Source: Neophaeotheca triangularis
Lineage: Eukaryota
Reading direction: 5' to 3'
Length of the DNA: 64,000 bases
Assembly (NCBI GenBank): GCA_054600435.1
Contig: BAAIJX010000026.1
Span: forward strand, 1 to 64,000
The position numbers were made by a program, and so were the translations under genes. Shown in pieces: positions 12,569 through 23,705 of the stretch; the stretch's first letter is position 1, and each line of letters begins with the position of its first letter. The notes under the pieces are model-generated. The model searched no databases and had not been told where the DNA came from. It was given only the letters and a program-made list of their open reading frames with translations.

Positions 12569-15500
12569 ATGGACACAAGAAGCGATGGCGAGGATGTTCA
12601 ACTCGCCACGGACCCCGAGAACGCTTTTATGGACGACGACATGGACGTACTAGACCCCGCGGAACACGAGGAGACATCCAATGCCGTATCTAACGCGCAA
12701 GATCAAGACACTAAGAACCCAGGAATATTATCCTCGACTGCCCCAGCGTCTCAACCACCACCGCATGTAGATGCACAAGGGCGCGTATTGAACCCCAGAT
12801 CATGTGTCACTTGTAGAAAGAGAAAAGTCAAGTGCGACAAGATACACCCATGTTCGAACTGTAGCAGGGCGCACATCGATTGCGTATTTCCGGCGCCGGG
12901 TAGGGCACCTAGGAAGGCTCGAAAGATTGGCGAGGGACGAGATAAGGAGCTATTGGAACGGTTGAGAAGGTTGGAGGGTGTTGTCAAGGGTCTGGGGGTG
13001 GAGGTACCCAAGGATATGCAAGGTGGACTGGCTGAGGCTATAAAGAAGCCCAAGGACAATGGGGCGTCTGAAGAGCCTGGTCATCGGATACATGGAAGTG
13101 GAGACGAATCTTCAGGCATCATGTCAAGGGAGGATCCTGCCAGAGATGGTCTTCAAGTGTCGGGGAGCGAAGGGTATGCACAGGACGAGATGCTGACTAT
13201 GCCCCACATGCAAGAGTCAAGCACCAACGGCGGATTAATGGACAATGCTCAATGGGTAGAGAACCAGAGTCAGGGACGCTTCGAGAATCGCTTCGGCAGG
13301 TTGGTTGTCAATGAAGGCCGCTCCCGATATGTCAACACCACCTTCTGGGCAAGCTTGTCCAACGAGGTGGAAGACCTCAAAGGCATACTCAATGAGGAGA
13401 GCGACGATGATGGAGACGAAGTCTCTCCGCCTAACATGCTCGCTCCTAACGATAACCATCAAGGCTTTGTGTTCGGGTTCAGTTCGCAATCCGCTGACCT
13501 TCTCTCTCTACACCCACTTCCCAACCAAATTCCCAAGTACTGGCAAACTTACAAAGAAAACGTGGATCCGCTTGTCAAGGTCTTGCACATACCAAGCACC
13601 GAGCCTACAATCCTTCGCGCAGCCTCTCATCTTTCGAATCTCAGTAAAGGCTTCGAGCCGCTCCTCTTCAGTATTTATTATGGCGCAACGACTTCCCTCA
13701 GCCCGGAGGACTGCCGTGTCCGCTTTGGAGAGGAGAAAACGATTCTTCTGGCCCGCTATCGCTTCGCTCTCGAACAGGCTCTCGCTCGTGCAAACTTCCT
13801 CACGACAGAAGAAGCTATCGTGCTCCAGGCGTTCATCATTTTTCTCATCTGTCTCCGCCGCAACTCCGACGCTCGCGTTATATGGACACTGACTGGCCTC
13901 GTCGTACGCATAGCGCAAACTATCGGCATTCATCGCGACGGCACCCACTTTGGCCTTCCGCCTTTTGAGGTCGAGATGCGTCGTAGACTATGGTGGCAAG
14001 TCTGCATTCTGGATACCCGAGCTAGTGAAGACCATGGCTGCGATCCTACCATCACCGAGCAATCATTCGACACGCAAATGCCTCTCAACGTCGAAGACAC
14101 CGACCTCACCCCGGAGATGAAAAGTTTTCCGAAAGAGCGCAAAGGCTGCACAAACATGACGTTCTGCCTGATTCGTTTCGAAGTCTCCAACACCTTTCGT
14201 CGAATAAACTATGTGCCACCTGGACTATTGCGCGGCAGCAGTGATACCTATGCTTCAGTAAGCCTAGCAGACAAAGAGCGCTGGATAACCGAATGCCACA
14301 ACAGACTCGAAGAGCGCTATCTCGCTCATTGCGACATGAGCGTCCCGCTCTACTGGGTGACCGCAACAGTCGCCCGGCTAATGATGAGCAAAATGTGGCT
14401 AATGGTGTACCACCCCTTCCAACGTCAAGACGGTGGAGCCAGCCTGCCTCCCGAAACGCGCGACAAGCTCTTCATCACCAGCCTCGAAAACATCGAATAC
14501 AGCATACTGCTCGAGACTGAGGCCCGAACCATGCAATGGGGCTGGCTCTTCAAGACCTACATGCAATGGCACGCCTTGGCTTTCATCCTCAGCGAACTCT
14601 GCGTCCGCACGACAGGTGACATGGTTGAACGAGCCTGGATCGCCGTGAGCAAGACCCGCGGCGGTCGCTGGGGGAGCGAGAACATCACCGACGAGACTCC
14701 CGCGGGGCGTTTGTGGCGGCCGCTGAAGAAACTCTACCGCAAAGCCCGCGAGCAGCGAGCGCGAGGGCTGCGGGAAGAGGAACTTGCTAAACAGCGAGCT
14801 TCCGACATGCCGCGCCGGACGTATTCCCCCAATGCGAATCCGATGTTTGGACACTCGACGTCGAGGCCCGCTGTCACTCGTGCGCCGCTCAGTCTGGCGC
14901 AGTTGCAGCGGTTTAGTAATTATGGCGGGGGACCGAGTTATGGTGATCGGCCTATTGATTCGCACCGCTTGCTGCGGAGTCCGCGGACGAGAGCGCTGAG
15001 TCTGGCGGAGCTGGATCCGGGGGATCTTGTGGAGATAGAGGGTCAGAGAGGGCGGGGTGGCGCTTCTGCTACGCCTGTTGCACGGAGGGCAATGAGCAGG
15101 AGCGGTTCGCAAGGCCTTGCGGGTTTTGAAGGTTTGCCTGCTGCGTTCGCTCAACCAGGGCAAAAGGGCCCGACGCCTTTCGGGCAGAATATACTGAACG
15201 GCAGGGCGAGTGTGGATTTCAACGCGCCGATGACTGGGACTACTGCGGCGGCTTTGGGTAACAGTACGAACGCCGCTGTTTCTACGAACAACAACCCGAC
15301 CAATACTGCGCAGCGTTCGGGGACATATGCTCAGGATCCAGCTGCTGGCGCTTTCGAGTTTGATCTTGATGCTATGGAGGGTGTTACTAATATTGACAGT
15401 AACAAAGGTAGTGGTGACGATTTGGGGTTGAATTGGGAGGGCTGGGACCAGCTTGTTAGGCAGTTTGGTATGGATGTTGATGGCGGGCCTGCTGGGTTGA

Positions 15501-15577
15501 TGGGTAATGAGAGTGCTGTCTACGGGTGGGGCGGGCAGTCCAGCAGTACCGCCGGAAGTGGGTGGGAGGGAATTTGA
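12569..15577 (+). CDS. Zn(II)2Cys6 fungal transcription factor with fungal-specific TF middle domain
   Basis: CVTCRKRKVKCDKIHPCSNCSRAHIDC; GIHRDG...EMRRRLWWQVCILD; 1002-aa ORF. Confidence 0.95.
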   Translation: MDTRSDGEDVQLATDPENAFMDDDMDVLDPAEHEETSNAVSNAQDQDTKNPGILSSTAPASQPPPHVDAQGRVLNPRSCVTCRKRKVKCDKIHPCSNCSRAHIDCVFPAPGRAPRKARKIGEGRDKELLERLRRLEGVVKGLGVEVPKDMQGGLAEAIKKPKDNGASEEPGHRIHGSGDESSGIMSREDPARDGLQVSGSEGYAQDEMLTMPHMQESSTNGGLMDNAQWVENQSQGRFENRFGRLVVNEGRSRYVNTTFWASLSNEVEDLKGILNEESDDDGDEVSPPNMLAPNDNHQGFVFGFSSQSADLLSLHPLPNQIPKYWQTYKENVDPLVKVLHIPSTEPTILRAASHLSNLSKGFEPLLFSIYYGATTSLSPEDCRVRFGEEKTILLARYRFALEQALARANFLTTEEAIVLQAFIIFLICLRRNSDARVIWTLTGLVVRIAQTIGIHRDGTHFGLPPFEVEMRRRLWWQVCILDTRASEDHGCDPTITEQSFDTQMPLNVEDTDLTPEMKSFPKERKGCTNMTFCLIRFEVSNTFRRINYVPPGLLRGSSDTYASVSLADKERWITECHNRLEERYLAHCDMSVPLYWVTATVARLMMSKMWLMVYHPFQRQDGGASLPPETRDKLFITSLENIEYSILLETEARTMQWGWLFKTYMQWHALAFILSELCVRTTGDMVERAWIAVSKTRGGRWGSENITDETPAGRLWRPLKKLYRKAREQRARGLREEELAKQRASDMPRRTYSPNANPMFGHSTSRPAVTRAPLSLAQLQRFSNYGGGPSYGDRPIDSHRLLRSPRTRALSLAELDPGDLVEIEGQRGRGGASATPVARRAMSRSGSQGLAGFEGLPAAFAQPGQKGPTPFGQNILNGRASVDFNAPMTGTTAAALGNSTNAAVSTNNNPTNTAQRSGTYAQDPAAGAFEFDLDAMEGVTNIDSNKGSGDDLGLNWEGWDQLVRQFGMDVDGGPAGLMGNESAVYGWGGQSSSTAGSGWEGI

Positions 15578-15676
15578 TCGCAACTATTTAAGATGTGCCA
15601 CGACCAGCGAACGATTGTGGTGGTTACGCAGACGACTTCTGGATCTAAACTTTGCCGATACCCGCAGTGCCACCTC

Positions 15677-17893
15677 TCAGGCGTCAATCGTCGACTCAGC
15701 TCCCTTCAACTCGTTTCTCTTCGCCCTCCTCGCCTCTCCTTCCTTAATGCCTTCCTGCTTCCCTATCTTGCGCTGGGCTTTTGCAAGATGCTGGTGCCAT
15801 GGGATAGGCACAAATTTGCAATTTCGGACTTGAAGCTCCTCTGCAAGAGCACGAAGGCTGAAAATTCCATGTACTTTGAGCGTCTTTTCGTAGGCTTTAA
15901 TCAGCAGCAAGTTAGTGTTCCAGAACCCTGGGTCCTCATTCTCCTCTGCCTTTTTCATCTGCTCTTCCATCAACTGGCTTGCTGAGCTTAGCGTGGCAAG
16001 AAGTTGAACTGGCTGCCGTGTTGCGGCGACCTGCAAGAGAACGTCTAGACACTCCGTCTCATTATCTATGGGTGCCACGAGAGCGTCGTACACCATGATG
16101 CGCTCAGTTAGGGAGGCGTCTTGCAGAAGATGCTCTCGCTGGTCAGCGTTAAGCAAAGTGGCCATGACATCCGCACTTCGCGCCGACAGAACTGAATCCA
16201 GACCACCCGCAACATGCACAAGTGCACCACCATTCAATAATGCGTCCACACAATCAATATGACCTTTCTCAGTGGCCACCCCGAGAGCAGTCGTACGGGA
16301 ATCGTCTTCGACTTCATCTACTATTCCACTCGCTCCTCTCTCGAGTAGCAACTGTATCATCTCGCTATCTCCCATCTCTCGATAAGCAGCATCATGCAAC
16401 ACTGTCCATCCGTTGTATTGCAAGGTGATATCGGCTCCCTGATCCAACAAAAATCGAACGAGCTGCAAATTTCCACTGAGGACAGCCTTGCTGAGGGCAG
16501 AACCGCCGTAATCCAAGCTACATCCAGCATTGATATCGGCACCAGCAGCCAACAACACCTCGACCGCTTGAAAAGCTGTAGCTCCAATGCTATTTCGGCA
16601 GCATTTCATGATCGGCGTCCTCTGATGACTGTTTCTCTTGTTCACATCTGCGCCAGCTTCCAAAAGTATCTTGATGTATTTGTGTGAGGCGCCCGCCGAA
16701 CATGCTACAAGCAATGGTGTTTCTCGAAGGTGGCTATGGTCTAAGGCATCGACCTTTGCTCCTCGTCGGATAAGGAGCCGCAACAAGTCAAGATCGCAAG
16801 TGTTCCTTGATAAAATATGTAGGGCTGCTTGATAACCATGGTCCAAGTTGACATCAGCTCCATCATCGAGCAGCTTGGTCACGACGGCAATGTCGGGATG
16901 ACCTTTCATGATTTCGCAGATAAGGCGCTTGCTCAGATCCCGAGAGCTTGCAGTGGTCTGCACACTCGGCCGCTGGATCTTTGTGTTCGTAACCAAGCTA
17001 GCCGGCACCGTCGATTGTTCTGGGGAATAGGTGGCAAGCATATATGGGGCTCTGGCTGCGCTTGCGCTTACCGCCCAATCTTGATGGCCGCCATGTCTCG
17101 TCTCGACAGATCCTGGACCTGGATCCAAAGAACTCCAACTATGCCCAGATGGTTGCTCGTTCGGACTCGCGATCTGTGCCTGCTGGTGTGGAAAGGCTTG
17201 CGGGAAATCACTGTACGCATTGGACTGCAAATGAAGTGAGGCAAAGCTCGGTGGATCGAAACGATGTTGTCGAACAAGTGCGGAGGGCTCGGGAGGCTGG
17301 TCGGCTCGAGCGGAGTAGACTGGCTGCATGGAGTCAATCCCCTCGCGTTCTTCCCGGCCCAAAGCATGGCTGGTATCGTGATGCTGCGTCTGGGTCGTCC
17401 AGGTCCTCGGCAAGGTTGACGGCTCGAAAACTGACGGTGAAGGTTCGATAGGTTGGCTAGTCTGATTTGTACGTTCGGGCGTTTCTTCGAGGATGATCAC
17501 AGGAGCTGGTTCCCTGTTGCCTGGTCGCTTTTCGCAGGCTCTCAAGTGTTCACGCAAAGCGTCTTTGCGCTTCTTTTTGTTGCAGAGATGACAGACGACT
17601 AAGTTGGTCTCTGTATGCAATTGAGCCACATGTCTCTTGAAGTTCTCCTCTCGGGAGAACAACTTCTTGCAGGGTGCGCACTCGATTTTCTGGTTCGCAC
17701 TGGGCTGTCCCTCGCCGTGCACTTCTTCACGATGGCGCTTTAGAGACTTCTTCACCGTGAAAGTCTTGTCATTGCCGCAATCACGGCATGTGTATCGTGC
17801 CTCTGACATGATAGGATGTTGGCCAGTTTTGTTATTGCTAGGAGAGGTTGACGGTTGGGCCGGGGTGGGAATGCATCTGACATGGCTAGCCAT
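15677..17893 (-). CDS. C2H2 zinc finger + ankyrin-repeat protein (alternative start 17809)
   Basis: Three N-terminal fingers (CRDC..H..H, CAPC..H..H, CHLC..H..C) and about 7 ankyrin repeats (LLxxGADVN, TPLLVAC, SALSKAV, TVLHDAA, TALGVA). Confidence 0.85.
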   Translation of the reverse strand: MASHVRCIPTPAQPSTSPSNNKTGQHPIMSEARYTCRDCGNDKTFTVKKSLKRHREEVHGEGQPSANQKIECAPCKKLFSREENFKRHVAQLHTETNLVVCHLCNKKKRKDALREHLRACEKRPGNREPAPVIILEETPERTNQTSQPIEPSPSVFEPSTLPRTWTTQTQHHDTSHALGREEREGIDSMQPVYSARADQPPEPSALVRQHRFDPPSFASLHLQSNAYSDFPQAFPHQQAQIASPNEQPSGHSWSSLDPGPGSVETRHGGHQDWAVSASAARAPYMLATYSPEQSTVPASLVTNTKIQRPSVQTTASSRDLSKRLICEIMKGHPDIAVVTKLLDDGADVNLDHGYQAALHILSRNTCDLDLLRLLIRRGAKVDALDHSHLRETPLLVACSAGASHKYIKILLEAGADVNKRNSHQRTPIMKCCRNSIGATAFQAVEVLLAAGADINAGCSLDYGGSALSKAVLSGNLQLVRFLLDQGADITLQYNGWTVLHDAAYREMGDSEMIQLLLERGASGIVDEVEDDSRTTALGVATEKGHIDCVDALLNGGALVHVAGGLDSVLSARSADVMATLLNADQREHLLQDASLTERIMVYDALVAPIDNETECLDVLLQVAATRQPVQLLATLSSASQLMEEQMKKAEENEDPGFWNTNLLLIKAYEKTLKVHGIFSLRALAEELQVRNCKFVPIPWHQHLAKAQRKIGKQEGIKEGEARRAKRNELKGAESTIDA

Positions 17894-18130
17894 AGCCGGT
17901 CATGGGGAACTGCTTCTCTTTGATTCAGTGCTGGCCAGCCTGTCGTGCGCCGCGTCTGGCGAGTAGGAACACTGCCCGCACCTCCAGGACCTCCAGGACC
18001 TCCAAGACCCCAAAGACCTCCAGGACCGCCAGATCTATTGGTTGCCTTCAAACAACCAGACGGCGGCATAGCCACGACCGCTTCATTTACAGCGCTCGGC
18101 GCGCTAATGCAGGCGCGGTGCCGGCCTTAG

Positions 18131-18169
18131 ACGGTCACCCAAGCATACCCAGCGACGGATTTCTTTCCC
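18131..18169 (+). repeat. Left terminal inverted repeat ACGGTCACCCAAGCATACCCAGCGACGGATTTCTTTCCC
   Basis: Exact reverse complement of 23706-23744. Confidence 0.97.
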
Positions 18170-18549
18170 CGCGGGCCCGCCGAACTTTTGAACTTCTTTT
18201 ATTCTCTCTAAAGTCCTACTCTCTCTCTATTCACATACTATTCACACCTTTGTTATAATCTCTAACGTCCTCGACTTCTTTCATAGCGCAAATTGCGAAT
18301 ATGGCCGTATGCGGCCTAAGGCATCCTTTGTTTACGCGTTATGCGCGCGCCTTAAAGTCGCGACCTTACCACTTCGAAAACCACCTTCTATACTACTACT
18401 ACCACTACTACTACTACTACTACCGGTCCCTTTACTCGATTACACTAAGCCTACCTCGTTAGGGCATAGCAGTTATAGTCTATTAAGTATCTACTAGCTT
18501 ATAGGCTGCATATCATACTAATAAAACTACCGGCCAAAATTCACTCGCT

Positions 18550-19124
18550 ATACCCCCTAAAAAGTAGGTGTTTTTTCCTAAATTAAACACCTTTTAAGTA
18601 CACTCTATACTGACTTACGCATAAATAGACGTAAAGTTAGTCCTAAGCCGGACCCGAGCGATATTACTATCCGCGACCTTAAAAGGCTCTACCGTCCCGA
18701 AACTACCGACTCGAGCGACTTTTAGTTCGTGAAGTAAGAGACTTAGAGCGAGTAGCTTATCGAGTTAAAGGTAGGGGCTATACATAAAAATGTAGCTAAT
18801 AAGTTAAGGAAGTTTACTATAGCTAGTAAGATTATAGAGGATAAAGAGGTTAAGATAGATACGGTAGAGCCTTACTCGGAGTGTACTCGCTATAGTAATT
18901 AGCTACCTTACCGTGTTTATAAGCGCGTTAAGCTCGAGAGCGGCGTAGTAGTCGATAAGGGGGAGACATACGCGCTTTACAAAAGGTAGAGTAAGTCTCG
19001 CTACACTACTAACCGTAATAAGAGTCCCCCCTCTATTAAGGAGCGATTATAGCTAGCGGAGGCTACGATCTAGACTCTCTCTACTAGAATCCGTGCGCTC
19101 GAGTTTAGGAGGCCTAGTACCTAA
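18550..19124 (+). pseudogene. RIP-decayed transposon accessory gene: six-Cys cluster followed by a coiled coil
   Basis: Restoring TAC/TAT to TGC/TGT gives C-x2-C-x11-C-x16-C-x2-C-x7-C followed by IKERLQLAEATIQTLSTRIRALE. In-frame stops are TAG/TAA, explicable as mutated Gln/Trp codons. Confidence 0.55.
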
Positions 19125-19332
19125 GTAAGGGGAGGTCAAATAAGGAGTTTTAGGTTTTAAGAGCTAAATACAGCTATTATACCCTAAGTTAACTATAAGT
19201 TAGAATTTGTTTACTTTAAAAATCAATGAATTCATTGAATCTTACCTAAATTCAACTAATTAACCCTATAAACCTTAATTTTACTCCTTAAATCTATGAA
19301 AAAACCGCTATATAAACTCGAATTAAAGTGAT

Positions 19333-19659
19333 TTATTGATACTTATACGCAAATAGTAGCTAACTCGCAAAGCTACAAAATAAGGGGTAAGAAAAAAAGG
19401 AAAAACTAATAACTAAAAAAAAAACACTCGATTTAAGAGCAAATCCGCGAGAAAAAAAAAAGAAAAAAAATTATTGATACTTATGCCTACATAGTAGTTA
19501 ACTCGCAAAATAGACTAAACTAAACTCCTACCCTAAAAAAACTAAAATAATAAAAAAAAAAGGACAAAAAAAAAGCCTCTTAGAGCGCCTAGTCATTATA
19601 AGAAGAAAAAAACCGAGATTTTGATGCTATTTATGCGTAGATAGTAGCTAACTCGCAAA
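19333..19659 (+). repeat. Three imperfect ~39-bp direct repeats (TTGATxCT..TAT...ATAGTAGYTAACTCGCAAA) separated by A-tract spacers
   Basis: Copies at 19333-19371, 19471-19509 and 19621-19659. Confidence 0.85.
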
Positions 19660-19769
19660 CATGTTTCTTAAAAAAAAAAAACCGATAAAAAAACTAGTAA
19701 TCATAAGTACTAAGTCCTACGGCTCCCCCCTACGCCTACGTAGGGTATAGGTACTATAAGTCTCCTACT

Positions 19770-21377
19770 ATTTACCCCTTCTTCCCCCTTCCTTTACCCT
19801 TACCCTTACCCTTACCCCTAGACTTTCCCTACCCCTACCCCTATCCCCCCTACTAACCTCCGTCTTCTTTATCGATAGGCCTAGCTCGTTTAGAGCGGCG
19901 AGGTATCTCCCCTTCCTTACTATATAACTTATCGCTAGTCTATACGCCGCTAGAACCCCTATTACTATAGGTAAGAGGGTCGAGGGGGTCTAAAGGTAGT
20001 AGACTCGATAAGCGCGACGACTCGGAACTGTCGTTACTAGTACCGGTTACATCTTGCTTATCTCGCGTAGTAGATTTGCTATCCGCTTCCCCCTCCGGTT
20101 CCCCCTCTTGCTCTATATCCCCTCTATACCCTATAAATGTATTAAAGGTTAGCCTAGGGACTAGATCATAATAGAACGACTCGTTACCGCCTCGCGTAGT
20201 AGCTCGCGTAGCTCGTAGGGTCGGTATAAGGCCTATTAGGTCTATGAACTCCCTAATCACGTTAGGGAGCTATATCCTCGAAGTCTATAACTACTCCTTC
20301 TTAATCGGCGTATCCCCGGCCTCGGTACTAGGTTATATATCTTCGCTATACTCGTTAGTAGCTCGGTGGTTCCGGGGTGTCGCTATTATCTTGCTCTTCG
20401 AGTTTTTGCTCTTCTTTTTTCTACTCTAACGGTCTATACGTAACTAGACGACGATTTCTGCCTTATAAGGCTTGTTTTTACTAGCCTTAAAGGGGATTAG
20501 TACTTCTCGGATTAACATGCTCTTAACTGCACTACTATAGTTACGTAGACAGTCGTCGTCGTCGAAACTATTAGTAAAGCGATAAGTGTAGTACCGAGTC
20601 TAGGTCGAGTTAGGGTTCCTAGTCTGCTCATTACTACACCTTTTAGTTAAGAAGCCTAAAAGCGGTAAGCTAGACTCGACGAAGGCCTACTCTATGAATC
20701 CGTCTATAACCTCTTAGATCTTATATAGCTCGTTGTACTTCTATAGGTCTATACTAGGCTCGTCGCCGCTATAAGCAATAATAGTAACCTCTTATAACTA
20801 AAAAGTGACCTCTATCCGGAACTTAATAGGCTTTAGAGTAGGAGGTCTAGAGCTATTACTACGCTAAGTTGCCTCTAAGTTATATAAGCTTAAAGCTATC
20901 GAGCCCGTATAAGGCTTACCCTAGAGGTTTTGTAGACGAGTACCGGTTAGAGTACGGTACTCGTTAGCCCGGGATTTATAGAAGACGGTGTGCGTAGGAC
21001 GAGTTTAACGGCCTAGATCGCTATTACCTCGCTCCGTGACTCCTACTACTACGTCTTTATGGCTATACTCTTAATTCGCTAGCTCCTAATAGGAGGTCCG
21101 GGAGCTACTAGTATAGTCGGAGGCGTTTATCGAGTATATATGCTGGTCTAGATAGGCGTTGTCTCAGGGTAGGCCTCGTGGGGTAGTAGTAGTAGGGGCC
21201 ATTAATGTATAGCGGATACCCCTCCTATCTAGGGAGTAGGGGTTACGGAGTACGTATACGGGACATGTGTCTAGGTAGCTATAGAGTCGCTCGTGATTCC
21301 CCTTCGAGCGCGGGCAAATCGGATTGTTAGCCTATGTCAGTATGTAGTTATCTATAGTAGCTCGGTTAGTGTCTATA
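19770..21377 (-). pseudogene. RIP-decayed second accessory gene of the transposon; boundaries approximate
   Basis: Long coding-like stretch with TAG/TAA stops, a surviving ORF at 19940-20260 and a (GK)n-rich basic tail near 19780-19820. Confidence 0.45.
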
Positions 21378-21759
21378 GTAGTAGTAGCTCGGTTAGAGAT
21401 GTACGCGTAAGTAAGGTTAAGACGAAAGATAAGGTTGAAAAAGAGTAAGAAGTAAAGCTATGCGTATATAGAGATAACTACGAGATAGAAGAGAGTAAAA
21501 GGAAGAAAAAGAAAGAGGGGAGCGCGACCCTATTGTTTATAGCGGTTACGAATAATGCATACTAGCGGTCTAAAACTTACCCTTATATATGTAACTATGT
21601 AGGCGCTATTCACGCGTGATGTGTCGTAATCTAAGGTAAATAGTTATCAAAACAGCGGTACCGACCCCTATACTTTATATATAATGTTAAATCGAGCAAT
21701 AGAGGCGAATATAGCCTAGAGACACTAACGAGTAACACCCTAAGACACACAAAATCCAC

Positions 21760-23604
21760 TATAGGCTAGGGTTAATATTCGCTATAGGAGTAAAGTGCAT
21801 ATTACCTTACTCCGGTAGGTCATTGTCGCCTAGGCTAGTACTACTAACAAAAGGCTCCCCCGCCGTATTAAACACATCCCTAGCTACGTTAGTAGCTCGC
21901 TACCGTGCCGCCGCTAGTGGTCGCGCGAGCTTACTAAGATCCGGGGCCTTACTATACTACATATAGGTGTGAATTCGCTCTTTAAGGGCTATAAAGGCGT
22001 ATTAGTGGCGTCGTAGGCTGTCTACGGCGCTCTAGTAACCGTCTAAGTCACTAAATCCGAGCTCCCCTAAAGCATAAGTGCAAAATGCCTTAGTAGGCTT
22101 AGGTAGGTAGGCGTTAATGTCTAAATGTAAGGGTTAGCTACTAGATTATACATGAATCGTAGCTAGATATCTCGCTTACGGAAATTAGCTAACTCATTTT
22201 GTAGTAGGGTAATAAGGTTAGTAGGTATAGGGAAGCCATAGTCCCTCCTCCCTTATATCTAAGGGTACTCGTATAGTAGCTCGAGGACTCCTAGCACTAT
22301 ATAAGGCCTACTTAGCTACTTACGTATCTTGTGTTTGTTCTAGAGTTTAGTAAACTCGATAAACTGCTCGCGAATGATAGGTATATAGATAGCTAGGAAA
22401 GCAATATGGTATTAGATTAAGCTAGGCCTATAGATACCCCTACTTACTAGGTACTTAAAGTAGTGCTTCTAGGCATTAATCGATCCTCTAGTTACCTAGC
22501 CCTACTATATCTCAATATGCTAGTTTTACTTACTAGTACTATACTAGAAACAGTCCTTAAAGCTTAGGGGTTCGCTATTAGGTCCTAACCTCAATTACTC
22601 TACGATCTAGTAGTAAGCGTCTACCGTCATGGTAGTCTTACCCCCCCTATCGGTAGTAATGATTTCCGGAGTAACACCTATCTCTAAGACGGTCTTAAGG
22701 TATTACGCTACAACTAATACCCCTATACGGCCGGAGATACCTACATAGATCTACATGATTCTACGTGAATATGCGTCTATAGCACTATACACCTAAATAC
22801 TATATGACTCGAGCTTATAATAGGCGTCTATAGACTAGATATGATTAGGGCTAGGAATGTTAACTATACCGCGGACATACCGTATAGTACGGTTATAGCG
22901 CTTAAAGGCCTACGGATTAATCTGTTTTACGACCTTCTATAGTCGAGTCCTATAGGAGTAGTTAGTTTAGGCTAGAGTTTATAGTAAGTCCTACGTAAGG
23001 GGGGACTATAAGGTTAACATAGCAAAGTTCAGATGAAAAGTGCTAAGTTAAGTTAAGACGATAAGGAAACCGGCTATAGCTCGAGGTGTAATAGAGTAGA
23101 ACTCGCTTACCTACCTACGAGGTTATATTTTGACCGCATTTTGGCGTATAGGTTAGTTAGCCCGAGGTCCTTAATCGCACCGTCTTTATACTCTTAGGTT
23201 AATGCCGCGTATATATCTACCTCTATAGATGCCTCTTGCTATGTCCCCTTCTTAACACGCTTTATAAGGCCTATCTCTTTACGGAGCTTCATAACTATGT
23301 GTCTACTTATGTCACTAAGGCTGTCTGCTAGCAAAATCTACGTAATTTGCTCGTCTATGATGCGGTTTTCTGCGAATATATAGGCGAGTCTCGCGCGAAG
23401 CGTAGGTGTGTTAAATACACTAGTATTGCGGCGCTTTAACTATACCCCCTATGCTCGTAGTGACTAGCGAAGGCGCGTAGTACTAATATGGCAATCGTAG
23501 TTGTCTCGTAGTGCGGCATAGATCTCGTCTTACTAGACACTGTCGGCGGAGAGCGCCTCGATTTTGGCTCTAAAAGGTTCGAGGTCGATCTTGCGGCGAG
23601 TCAT
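21760..23604 (-). pseudogene. RIP-decayed transposase: N-terminal Clr5-like HTH region + integrase-core DDE domain
   Basis: Reads MTRRKIDLEPFRAKIEAL...; PSPNHI*SIDAYYKLE...AIDAYSRRIM*IYVG; ITTDRGGKT; F*YSTSK*N*HIEI**; AIYIPIIREQF..L*NKHKIRK. These correspond to the PGPN-W-D / D-x-G / NQRIE-WW integrase motifs. A probable intron lies near 22950-23110 and the 3' end is approximate. Confidence 0.85.
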
Positions 23605-23705
23605 GGTATCTCTAGTTTTCTAGGAATGGCGGAGTTTGTATAGCGAGGTACATGCGATTAAGTTTGAGTTAGGAAAGTGAAAGATGGAAGTTCAAGCAGG
23701 GCGTT

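Noticed and set aside
14399..15583. 394-aa minus-strand ORF (similarly 29839-30867, 26918-27715, 61293-62105)
   Set aside because: Antisense shadows of well-supported GC-rich genes, with no motifs of their own.
19333..19659. CRISPR-like repeat-spacer appearance
   Set aside because: Eukaryotic context, degenerate repeats, ~100-bp low-complexity spacers and no cas genes; kept only as a transposon-internal repeat.
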